Positions 45,549-54,525 are shown, numbered from the stretch's first letter. The stretch: 64,000 nt of DNA from Parcubacteria group bacterium (GCA_041661275.1 JBAZUU010000004.1:71480-135479), one strand, 5' to 3'. Notes: a model not told the origin generated them from the letters alone. Numbers and translations are program-made.

Positions 45549-45908
45549 ATGAAAATTCTTGTGATCGATGATGAAGAAGGACTTAGTTTCATCATAAGTA
45601 AATTCCTAAAATCGAGGGGCTTTGAAACAGCCCTTGCTACTAATGGACAGGAGGGAATAAAAATCATCGGCTCTAGTGAGATCGACCTAGTGGTTTCCGA
45701 CATCAATATGCCGGGGAAAAGCGGGTTGGATGTATTGGAATACGTTCGGTCTAATCATCCAGGCATACCGGTCATCATGATGACCGGCGAAGCTACCAAA
45801 AAAGAAAGAGAAAGCGCCTTAGCGTTAGGTGCTTTCGGTATCATAAAGAAGCCATTTCTTTTGTCTGATCTTCTGGGCAAAATCAAGGAGGCGCTCGGAA
45901 AGGAGTGA
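45549..45908 (+). CDS. Stand-alone response-regulator receiver (CheY-like)
   Basis: MKILVIDDEEG...DLVVSDINMPGKSGLDVL...GAFGIIKKPF. The phospho-acceptor Asp and a Lys are present. Confidence 0.8.
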   Translation: MKILVIDDEEGLSFIISKFLKSRGFETALATNGQEGIKIIGSSEIDLVVSDINMPGKSGLDVLEYVRSNHPGIPVIMMTGEATKKERESALALGAFGIIKKPFLLSDLLGKIKEALGKE

Positions 45909-46200
45909 CTCTGTTTCTCTAACTGTAAACGCAAAGGAAAGGGAGATGAAAACAACGGGTAGCAGTGATAGTTGGAGCTGGGTATCATTTCTTGTGCTGG
46001 TTTCCCCACTGCTGGGATTCGGACTCTTTCTTCTTTGGGTTTTTGGATGCCATGGAGCGTCCAAAAAAGCCCAAAAAGAAAGGAGGAAAAAAAGTGTGGA
46101 ATACAAAAAGGCGTAGGCAAAAATGCCTGCCTAGAAAGGGAGAAAGATCGAAGGCTTTCCTCCCTTTTCTTTTTGCCTTTTTCTATTATAGAATTGATAT

Positions 46201-46923
46201 ATGGACTATAAATATAACGGCATAATTTTGTCCAAGATCGATATCGCGGAAGTTGATCGGATTTATAATATCTATACACTGGAAGCGGGAAAGATACGGG
46301 TGATTGGAAAGGGAACAAGAAATCCCAATGCTAAACTGGCGGGAAGTATTGAGCCGGTGACTAGCGCCGAAATATATGTTTCCCGTACAAAAGGTCTAGG
46401 GAAAATTACCGGAGCTATTGTCCTTGATAATTTTTCGCGCTTGAAATCCGATTATGAATATCTGAACAAGGTTTTCTATGTTTTTGGGATTTTAGAAAAA
46501 ATAATTACCAACGAAGAAAAAGACGAAAAAGTCTTCGCGCTTCTTTTGACTTATCTAAAAATACTGGAAGAACTGGCAGAAAAAGGCAAGGAAAAAGAGA
46601 AGATAGAGATTGTCACTCTCGGATTTATATTTAAACTGCTTGAAGCTGCCGGTTACGGGCTTAATATGGAAAACTGCGTCAGATGCGGAACCAGACTCAG
46701 ACCAGAAAACAACTTTTTCAGCGCGCCGTCCGGAGGAGTAGTTTGCTCCGGGTGTGCCGATTTTAGCGCGAAGAAAGTAAGAATTGAAAGCGCTACTATA
46801 AAATTGATCCGGATATTTTTGGGGAATAAGTTGGAAAATTTTGCCAAAATATCCGCTTCCAGAGCAGATATAAAAAATACGGAAGCGATAGCGGGGGAGA
46901 TGGTGAGGTGGATAGTGGGATAG
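46201..46923 (+). CDS. recO: DNA repair protein RecO
   Basis: N-terminal OB fold (GIILSKIDIAEVDRIYNIYT) and zinc finger CVRCG...CSGC. Confidence 0.8.
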   Translation: MDYKYNGIILSKIDIAEVDRIYNIYTLEAGKIRVIGKGTRNPNAKLAGSIEPVTSAEIYVSRTKGLGKITGAIVLDNFSRLKSDYEYLNKVFYVFGILEKIITNEEKDEKVFALLLTYLKILEELAEKGKEKEKIEIVTLGFIFKLLEAAGYGLNMENCVRCGTRLRPENNFFSAPSGGVVCSGCADFSAKKVRIESATIKLIRIFLGNKLENFAKISASRADIKNTEAIAGEMVRWIVG

Positions 46924-46942
46924 GAAATTTGAAATTTTTTAG

Positions 46943-47079
46943 CCGTCATCCTGAGCGAAGTCCAATTCTTATTGGACGTAGTCGAAGGATCTGCTTGCTA
47001 ATAGCACGAGTAGTATTAATTAGTAGATTCTTCGACTGCATTCTCCCGCTTCGCGGGATCATTCCGCTCAGAATGACGG
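46943..47079. repeat. Family-A MITE-like repeat, copy 4 (inverted orientation)
   Basis: ccgtcatcctgagcgaagtccaattcttattggacgtagtcgaaggatctgc...agattcttcgactgcattctcccgcttcgcgggatcattccgctcagaatgacgg. Confidence 0.7.
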
Positions 47080-47143
47080 ACGTCTCTGGTTTGATAAAAC
47101 ACTCAAAATCGTCTATTATAAAAGTACTTAATCAAATACAAAA

Positions 47144-49039
47144 ATGTCGCTATCTGATATCAAAAGAAAACTATATCAAAAAGAACAGGAAAAGAACCTG
47201 TCGGAACATGACAAAAGTTCTTACGACCCGCATCACGCAATTTCTGGGCAAACGCAGGATTCTTCCGGCGATCTTTGGGCAAAAAAAGAAATGGGACTTG
47301 GCGTCAAAGAAAAAGTGGCTATCAAAAAAGGCGCTTACGTTTTAGGCGGAATTCTGGCGGTTATTTTTATCATCATGATAGCCTATTTTATCCGGCTGTC
47401 TTCCTTTTCAGCCGATCGAGTGACGGTGTCGATAACCGGAGCGGATCGGACGGACAGCGGTAAATTTCTGACCTATGAGATCAGTTATAAAAATGATAAT
47501 CGGGCAGAATTGAAAAATGCCCAACTGAAAATTACTTATCCGGGAGATTTCAAGCCGGAAGACAATACCAATTTTGTCGAAGAAAGCCCGACCAATGGAA
47601 CATATTCTCTTGGCACAATTGCCGGTCACGGGACGGGAAAAGTAACTTTTAGCGGAAGAATCTATAGCCCAAAAGGCGCTCTGGTTTATCTGAAAGCCCA
47701 ATTGTTATATAACCCGGGAAGCTACAGTTTGCGTTATACCAGTGAAAAACAGTTGGGGATAAATGTTGTCACTTCACCGATAACTCTGGAAGTCGCAGGA
47801 CCACAAACTTTGGCCAGCGGAGACGAGATAGGCTATATGGTCAGTTTCAAAAACGATGGAGAAACGGATCTCAATGATATAAAAATAAAGATCGATTATC
47901 CTGGCAGATTCACTTTTTCCACATCTTCTCCGAAAAGTTTTGAAGGAAATAATATCTGGTATGTCGGATTGCTTTCTCCGGGTCAAACTGGAAAATTAAC
48001 GGTAATTGGAAAACTGGAAGGAAATACCGATGAAGTAAAGAGTCTTAAAGTGTACGTCGGTTCTACGGAAAAAGGGAGCTTTGTCAGTTTCAATGAAGGA
48101 AGCGCTGACACCAGAATTGTCGGCTCGGCCATTGCTATAACGCAGACAGTGAATGACCTGACCAGTCTCAATGCTAACGCGGGCGATCTTTTGCGCTTCG
48201 GCATAGATTATAAAAATACAAGTGAAATAGGGCTCAAAAATCTGATTCTGACAGACAGAATTGACAGTCCGGTTCTGGATTATAGCTCGCTTGAAGCAAG
48301 CGGCGGACATTTTGACGCCAATAGCAAAACTATTACCTGGAAAGCGTCTGATCATCCGGAACTGGCCGGGATCGAACCAGGCGCTGGCGGAAGAGTTGAG
48401 TTTACTGTGAAAGTAAAAGAATCTATTCCGGTGGCGAGTACGAACGATAAAAATTTTGTCATTTCCAGTATCGTGAAGATTGATAGTCCTGACATCCCCA
48501 CGTCTATTTCCACGAATAAAATTATCTCCGGAAATAAAATTGATGTGAAGCTTAATTCCAAGCTGTTTCTAGCTGTCAAAGGATTTCATAAAGACTCTAA
48601 TATTACTAACTCCGGGCCGGTTCCTCCTAAAGTAGGCCAGGAAACAACGTATGCCATCCATTGGATAGCGTCAAATATTAACAATGACGTGAATAACGCC
48701 AGGGTGGAAGCAGTATTGCCCACCTGGGCGACAGCGACAGGAATAGTATATCCGGAAGGCGCGAACATCACATATAACCAGCGAGACAATACTGTCGTTT
48801 GGGAAATAGGCAATATGAGCGCTGGAACTGGCGTGCTGTCAAGTCCCAAAGAAGTTTCTTTCCAGATAAAAATTATGCCTTCGCCCGACCAAAAGGATAA
48901 ATTGATAGACATTCTGAAACCATCAACTTTCAAAGCCAAGGATGCTTTTACGGGAGATGAAATTTCAGCGACGGCTGAAGGAAAAACAACCCATCTTGAG
49001 GAAGACAGTAGCTTGGATTCGAAAGAGAGGGTGGAGTAG
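47144..49039 (+). CDS. Membrane-anchored DUF11/CARDB-like repeat protein (631 aa)
   Basis: N-terminal TM segment. At least four ~110-aa repeats with the YxxSYKNDxxxxLxNxxLxxxYP pattern. Confidence 0.55.
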   Translation: MSLSDIKRKLYQKEQEKNLSEHDKSSYDPHHAISGQTQDSSGDLWAKKEMGLGVKEKVAIKKGAYVLGGILAVIFIIMIAYFIRLSSFSADRVTVSITGADRTDSGKFLTYEISYKNDNRAELKNAQLKITYPGDFKPEDNTNFVEESPTNGTYSLGTIAGHGTGKVTFSGRIYSPKGALVYLKAQLLYNPGSYSLRYTSEKQLGINVVTSPITLEVAGPQTLASGDEIGYMVSFKNDGETDLNDIKIKIDYPGRFTFSTSSPKSFEGNNIWYVGLLSPGQTGKLTVIGKLEGNTDEVKSLKVYVGSTEKGSFVSFNEGSADTRIVGSAIAITQTVNDLTSLNANAGDLLRFGIDYKNTSEIGLKNLILTDRIDSPVLDYSSLEASGGHFDANSKTITWKASDHPELAGIEPGAGGRVEFTVKVKESIPVASTNDKNFVISSIVKIDSPDIPTSISTNKIISGNKIDVKLNSKLFLAVKGFHKDSNITNSGPVPPKVGQETTYAIHWIASNINNDVNNARVEAVLPTWATATGIVYPEGANITYNQRDNTVVWEIGNMSAGTGVLSSPKEVSFQIKIMPSPDQKDKLIDILKPSTFKAKDAFTGDEISATAEGKTTHLEEDSSLDSKERVE

Positions 49040-49201
49040 GGGGTCGGGATAATTTTCATTTTACAAAAAATTAACTCGGGCTCTAAATTTTCTAGCTAAA
49101 ATTTTTGCTACGGTCAACGGCTGAAGCGCAAAAATTTTAGAGAAAATCTGAGCCCTCAAACAGGAATTTTTTATAAAATAAAAAATTATCCCTCTTGATA
49201 T

Positions 49202-50275
49202 ATGAAAGAAGATAAAAGAAAAAAAATAATAAAGACAATGCACGGCGAAATTCAGACGCCGTTTTTTATGCCGGACGCGACGCGCGGGTTTATGCGATCG
49301 ATGGATAAGAATGATCTGGAACAGATTGGTGTCGAGCCGATGGTGGTCAACACGTATCATCTATATCTCCAGCCGGGAATGGAAACTATAAAAAAAGCAA
49401 GCGGAATTCACAAATTTATGAACTGGCCGCATCCGTTGCTTTCTGATTCCGGAGGTTATCAGGTTTTTTCTCTTATTCATAAAAATCCCAAAATGGGGAA
49501 AATTACGGACAAGGAAGTTATTTTTCACTCACCCTTGGACGGTTCTATCCATAAAATTTCTCCAGAATATGCGATTCAAATCCAATTTGATCTCGGAGTG
49601 GATATGATGGTGGTTCTGGATGATCCCCCGCCGAACAGTTATCCGAAAGAAAAAATTGCCAAGGCGGTGGATCGAACAATCGCCTGGGCAAAACGGTGTA
49701 AAGTTGAATATGAAAAGCAACTAGAAAAACGTAAAATTAGTGAAAAAGACCGGCCGCTTATTTTTGGCGTGATCCAGGGCGGGGAGCATCTGGACTTGCG
49801 CAAATATTGTGCCGAAGAACTGGTAAAAATCGGATTTGACGGTTATGGTTTTGGCGCGCGGCATGTTGATTCTGATGGAAAATTTATGGAAGAAGTGGTT
49901 CGGGAAACCGCCAGCTTCATTCCGGAAGATTCCTTGCGGTTCGCGCTTGGCATCGGTACGCCGGAGGATATCATGAAATGCGTGGGATACGGCTGGGATA
50001 TGTTTGATTGTGTCATTCCAACGAGAGAAGGAAGACACGGGAGGCTTTTTATCAGTGACGGAAAAACCATAAATATTAATAACGGGAAATTTAAAGATGA
50101 TTTTTCTCCGGTTGACTCTAAGTGTGATTGTATGTTATGCCAGAACCATACACGCAGCTATCTCCGCCATATGTTCCAGATGAAAGAACCACTAGCGATG
50201 CGACTGGCATCGATTCACAATTTGAAATTTTATATGGATCTTATGGAAAAGATAAGAAGCGATGTGGATAAGTAG
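49202..50275 (+). CDS. tgt: Queuine tRNA-ribosyltransferase (tRNA-guanine transglycosylase)
   Basis: TPFFMPDATRGFM, VVNTYHLYLQPG, the catalytic region MMVVLDD, and the zinc site CDCMLCQNHTRSYLRH. Confidence 0.9.
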   Translation: MKEDKRKKIIKTMHGEIQTPFFMPDATRGFMRSMDKNDLEQIGVEPMVVNTYHLYLQPGMETIKKASGIHKFMNWPHPLLSDSGGYQVFSLIHKNPKMGKITDKEVIFHSPLDGSIHKISPEYAIQIQFDLGVDMMVVLDDPPPNSYPKEKIAKAVDRTIAWAKRCKVEYEKQLEKRKISEKDRPLIFGVIQGGEHLDLRKYCAEELVKIGFDGYGFGARHVDSDGKFMEEVVRETASFIPEDSLRFALGIGTPEDIMKCVGYGWDMFDCVIPTREGRHGRLFISDGKTININNGKFKDDFSPVDSKCDCMLCQNHTRSYLRHMFQMKEPLAMRLASIHNLKFYMDLMEKIRSDVDK

Positions 50276-50395
50276 GATAGAAAAAAAGTATTATTGTTGC
50301 TAATATATAAGCATAATATAAAAAACAAAAAAATGAACCCCGTTAGAACTTTCTGTTTTTGAAATTAAAACGGGGAACATAAAAAAACAAAAAAT

Positions 50396-51097
50396 ATGGA
50401 CAGTTCTAACGGGGTGAACCAAAAAGGAGTGGTGGCCGGACTTATCATAGTTATTGTAATTTTAACCGTGGTTCTAGCCTACGTATTGGTGGTAAAAAAA
50501 GCGGAAGCTCCAAGTGTTTCTCCGGAGGCAGTAGTTCAAACGCAAAAACCGGTGGAAAGTGCAGTCAGTGAAACGCCAAAGCCAATTATTCCTGAAACAC
50601 CGGTAGTAGTTCCGGAAGCAGTTGATAAATATGCCGGATGGCTGACGTATACCAGTGATAAATATAAATATGAAATAAAATATCCGCAGGGAATGACCAT
50701 AACGGAAGCTAAAAAAAGCGATTTGGGGTTATCACCGGATTCGGGGATGACCTTTGATCAGGCTTTCGCGAAAGTTACCGGACAAGTCTGTGTCAGCTTT
50801 AGCCAGAAAAAAGATTCCGTGCTTATTTCAGCGCCAGTGAACAAGGGATACGCTTATGTCATTTGCGGACGCACCGGCATGGGATCGGATACGAAGATAA
50901 AAAAATCTACGGAAAAAATTACCATTGACGGAAAAGAATATACAGTTAATGCCAACGATATGACCGATTCTACCGGCAGAACCATCGAAACCGTGGTCGA
51001 GTTGACTGACGGAACGCAAATATCCTTTTCCGCTTCCAATGAAAGTTATAGGGAAGGGGTCAAAAAAATGGTGGAGTCGTATAAAAAAATAAAATAA
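50396..51097 (+). CDS. Hypothetical membrane-anchored protein (233 aa)
   Basis: N-terminal TM segment, Pro/Glu/Val-rich linker and a C-terminal globular region. No domain recognised. Confidence 0.45.
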   Translation: MDSSNGVNQKGVVAGLIIVIVILTVVLAYVLVVKKAEAPSVSPEAVVQTQKPVESAVSETPKPIIPETPVVVPEAVDKYAGWLTYTSDKYKYEIKYPQGMTITEAKKSDLGLSPDSGMTFDQAFAKVTGQVCVSFSQKKDSVLISAPVNKGYAYVICGRTGMGSDTKIKKSTEKITIDGKEYTVNANDMTDSTGRTIETVVELTDGTQISFSASNESYREGVKKMVESYKKIK

Positions 51098-51172
51098 AAG
51101 TAGTATCAAAAAACAAAAGGAGCAAGGATTTCCCTTGCTCTTTTTATATAAGTGATTTAAATTTAAGTTTAT

Positions 51173-52441
51173 ATGAAACATATCGAACTTCTGGCTCCGG
51201 CAGGAGATTTGGATAAATTAAAATACGCCATAGAATACGGCGCGGATGCTATCTATTTTGGCGTGCCGGATTTTTCACTGCGGGCGCGGATAAATAAATT
51301 CAGCGAAAAAACTTTGAAAGAAGGCGTGGAATACGCGCATGCGAAAAAGAAAAAAGTTTATGTAACGCTAAATATCTATGCCCACAACAGGCATATGCTA
51401 GCAATTGAAAGGCATTTGAAGTTTTTACATCCACTGAAAATTGATGGCGTGATTGTAAGCGATCCGGGAATAATGAGCCTAGTGAAAAAACATTTGCCGC
51501 ACGTGGACATCCATCTTTCTACGCAAGCCAATACTACAAACTGGCAGGCGGTAAAATTTTGGAAAGAGCAGGGAGTAAAAAGGATAATTTTAGCGCGGGA
51601 AGTGACACTTTCTGAAATAAAAGAAATCAGAAAAAAAGTGCCAAATATCGAACTGGAATATTTTGTTCATGGGGCGATGTGTATGAGCTATTCCGGACGA
51701 TGCATTCTTTCCAAATGGATGACAAGCCGCAGTGCGAATCTTGGAGATTGTTCGCAACCTTGCCGGTGGAAATATGGGGCAGTGAACAGTGATCAAGGAT
51801 CAATGAACAAAAAAGAGTTAAGGATAAGAGATGATCAGAAAAGATATGAAATGAATATTGAAGAGGATCAGCACGGGACGTATTTTTTCAATAGCTATGA
51901 CATGAATCTCATAGAACACGTGAAAGATCTGATTGATGTCGGCGTAACCAGTCTCAAAATTGAAGGGCGGGCGAAAAGCGTATATTATGTTGCGGTGGTA
52001 ACGCGAGCGTATAGAAAGGTGATTGACACAGTAGAGACGCAAAATTTTGCGTCTGTACAAAAAATAATTTCCGAGCAAAAAAAGGAACTGGATAAATTGA
52101 CTAACCGCGGATATTCCAAAGGATTTTTGTTAGGCGCTGAACCACCGCATGATTTTTCTGACCGGATGAGAATCGCTGATTTTAGTTTTGTGGGAGAAAT
52201 TATTGGAGATTGGGAAAATGAGGGAAATAAGGGAAATTCGGTCAGGGTGCACAATACTCTATTTAAAAAAGATAAATTGGAGGCAATTACGCCTTCTGGA
52301 AATTTTAGGATAAAAATTAAGGAGGTGTTAAACTTTGAGGGAAAAAAAGTAACCGAGGCGCACGGTGGAACGGACAAAACTTTTTATATAAAATTTAATA
52401 AGCTTTTGGAAAAGGGGAATATTATCAGAAAAATCGGTTAG
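51173..52441 (+). CDS. Peptidase U32 family protein (YhbU/RlhA-like)
   Basis: MKHIELLAPAGDLDKLKYAIEYGADAIYFG...LNIYAHNRHM...FVHGAMCMSYSGRCILS. U32 consensus. Confidence 0.85.
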   Translation: MKHIELLAPAGDLDKLKYAIEYGADAIYFGVPDFSLRARINKFSEKTLKEGVEYAHAKKKKVYVTLNIYAHNRHMLAIERHLKFLHPLKIDGVIVSDPGIMSLVKKHLPHVDIHLSTQANTTNWQAVKFWKEQGVKRIILAREVTLSEIKEIRKKVPNIELEYFVHGAMCMSYSGRCILSKWMTSRSANLGDCSQPCRWKYGAVNSDQGSMNKKELRIRDDQKRYEMNIEEDQHGTYFFNSYDMNLIEHVKDLIDVGVTSLKIEGRAKSVYYVAVVTRAYRKVIDTVETQNFASVQKIISEQKKELDKLTNRGYSKGFLLGAEPPHDFSDRMRIADFSFVGEIIGDWENEGNKGNSVRVHNTLFKKDKLEAITPSGNFRIKIKEVLNFEGKKVTEAHGGTDKTFYIKFNKLLEKGNIIRKIG

Positions 52442-52490
52442 AAAAGTTGTCCACAGTCGGCGTTTTTCAACATTGACAAAAAGTATTTTT

Positions 52491-52860
52491 TCGTGTATAA
52501 ATAAACCAAAAAGCGGTGTCTCTAATCATGGAGGGGTGGAATGCAGACTTCCGGCTTTTCCTAGGGTGTTTTGACCGACATCCAAGATATTCAAACATCA
52601 ACCGACGTAGCTGGTGAGTATAATGCCCAGCGCCCGGCGTTAATATAACGACCGGATCGGACGGAACCCGCTCCACTTTAAAGGGGGCAAAATGAAAGCT
52701 AGAGACCGGCCTTAGCTCTTTCGAGAGACCAAAAGGTCTCTCACGCCCAATCCCCGGGGATAATAATTTCTATTCAGAATAAGCAATCTTACACCTGCAT
52801 CACAAGCTCATTCCCGGGGCTTGTTTTTTTATTTCAAAACATTGACTAAAAGCCGAATCC
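52491..52860 (+). promoter_or_regulatory. Candidate structured RNA / long leader upstream of GlyRS (promoter + GC-rich ~330 nt + weak terminator)
   Basis: ttgaca-17-tataaa promoter at 52491-52519. Multiple GC hairpins follow (gagagaccaaaaggtctctc, tccccgggga). caagctcattcccggggcttg + T7 lies at ~52815-52845. Confidence 0.3.
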
Positions 52861-52894
52861 GCGGTATATTTCATTATATTTAAAGCAAAATATT

Positions 52895-54292
52895 ATGAGT
52901 AAAAAAGATCTAACTATGGAAAAAATTGTGTCGTTGTGCAAGAGAAGAGGGTTTGTCTATCCATCTTCCGAAATTTATGGAGGACTGGCGGCTATTTATG
53001 ATTATGGCCATTACGGAATTCTCCTCAAGAATAATATTGCCAATGCCTGGTGGAAGCATATGGTTCAGTTTCGAGATGATGTTGTCGGTCTAGATTCGGC
53101 TATCTTTATGCATCCGACAACGTGGGTAGCGTCAGGTCATGTCGGAGGGTTCAACGACCCACAAGTGGATTGTCGAAAATGCAAAAACCGTTTTCGCGCC
53201 GACCATATTTTAGAAGAATTTGGAATTAGCGCTGACAAAGCGACATTAGAATTTTTGAATGAACAGTTGGATAAATTACGAGAAGAAAAAAAATTGAAGT
53301 GTCCGGTTTGCGGCTCAACTGACCTGACTCCGGCCAAAACTTTTTCTTTGATGGTGAAATCAAATGTTGGTTCGCCGACAGACGAACTCAAAGAAGAAAA
53401 TGTCGTCTATCTTCGTCCGGAAACGTGCGGTGGAATATATTTGGAATATAAAAATACAGTAGATTCATTGCATATGAAATTGCCGTTCGGAATTGCCCAA
53501 GTAGGAAAAGCTTTTAGAAATGAAATTGTGGCTCGCCAATTTATCCTGCGAACAAGGGAATTTGAGCAGATGGAAATGCAATATTTCTTGCATCCGTCTA
53601 TCATGAAAGAAAAATATGACGAATGGAAAGAAACTCGCTGGGAATGGTATTTGGAATATGGAATTGGAAAAGATGAATTGCGCTGGTATAAGCACGAAAA
53701 ATTAGCTCACTATGCTTCGGAAGCTTATGACATCGAATTTGATTTTAGCTCTCTTGGCGGATTCAAAGAAGTGGAAGGAATTCATGCCAGAGGAGATTGG
53801 GATCTTTCTCAACACTCAAAGTTTTCTGGTGTAGATCTAAGTTATTTTGATGAAAAGACCCAGGAACGATTCACTCCGCACATCATGGAAACTTCCGTTG
53901 GGCTCAACCGCTTGCTATATATGTTCATAGATCATTCCTACACGGAAGAGGAAGTAAACGGAGAAACGAGAGTAGTTTTGAAATTTGATAAGCGCCTGGC
54001 TCCAGTGAAGGTAGCTGTTTTGCCACTTTCTAAAAAAGAAGAATTGCAAAAAGTAGCCAAAGACATCTGGAATGATCTGAAATTATCTTTTATGGCTGAA
54101 TATGATGACACGCAATCTATCGGCAAGCGTTATCGTCGTCAGGACGAGATCGGCACGCCATATTGTGTGACGGTAGATTTTGACACTCTGACTGATAATT
54201 CTGTCACGGTTCGTGATAGAGATAGTATGAAGCAGGAAAGAATAAAGATTAATGAGCTGGAAAAGTATTTAGAAGAGAAACTAGCTGAATAA
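52895..54292 (+). CDS. glyQS: Glycyl-tRNA synthetase, dimeric archaeal/eukaryal-like type
   Basis: Class II motif 1/2/3 arrangement with an anticodon-binding C-terminus. 465 aa. Confidence 0.9.
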   Translation: MSKKDLTMEKIVSLCKRRGFVYPSSEIYGGLAAIYDYGHYGILLKNNIANAWWKHMVQFRDDVVGLDSAIFMHPTTWVASGHVGGFNDPQVDCRKCKNRFRADHILEEFGISADKATLEFLNEQLDKLREEKKLKCPVCGSTDLTPAKTFSLMVKSNVGSPTDELKEENVVYLRPETCGGIYLEYKNTVDSLHMKLPFGIAQVGKAFRNEIVARQFILRTREFEQMEMQYFLHPSIMKEKYDEWKETRWEWYLEYGIGKDELRWYKHEKLAHYASEAYDIEFDFSSLGGFKEVEGIHARGDWDLSQHSKFSGVDLSYFDEKTQERFTPHIMETSVGLNRLLYMFIDHSYTEEEVNGETRVVLKFDKRLAPVKVAVLPLSKKEELQKVAKDIWNDLKLSFMAEYDDTQSIGKRYRRQDEIGTPYCVTVDFDTLTDNSVTVRDRDSMKQERIKINELEKYLEEKLAE

Positions 54293-54382
54293 TTTTTTGA
54301 AAAATTGAATATCTTTTATAGAGACGCCCTGCCATGGCGTCTCTACTTTTCGGCTCTTTAATATTTAGTGTGTGCTTTTTAA

Positions 54383-54525
54383 CCGTCATTCTGAGCGGAA
54401 TCGAGTCCGTTTAGGACGAGATGAAGTCGAAGAATCTACTTTATGGCTAAACCAGGCAATATTATTGAGTAGATCCTTCGACTGCGTTCTTCCGCTAACG
54501 CGGAATCACTTCGCTCAGGATGACG
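54383..54525. repeat. Family-A MITE-like repeat, copy 5
   Basis: ccgtcattctgagcggaatcgagtccgtttaggacgagatgaagtcgaagaatct...agatccttcgactgcgttcttccgctaacgcggaatcacttcgctcaggatgacg. Confidence 0.7.

Noticed and set aside
45755-46318. 187-aa minus-strand ORF spanning the receiver-recO intergenic region
   Set aside because: Overlaps the 3' end of the receiver gene and the 5' end of recO on the opposite strand. No SD and no recognisable domain.
49078-49155. preQ1-I riboswitch upstream of tgt
   Set aside because: It shares only the UUCUAGCUA word. It lacks the conserved A-rich 3' tail and a stable P1. tgt is not a usual preQ1-regulated gene. It is kept only as a low-confidence finding.
52491-52860. 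T-box leader for glyQS, or RNase P / tmRNA / SRP RNA
   Set aside because: No T-box AGGGUGGNACCGCG motif near the terminator. No RNase P P4 (GGAAAGUCCGG / ACAGAANCCGGCUUA), tmRNA ends or SRP GGAAGGAAGCAGCC motifs could be found by eye. The identity is left open.
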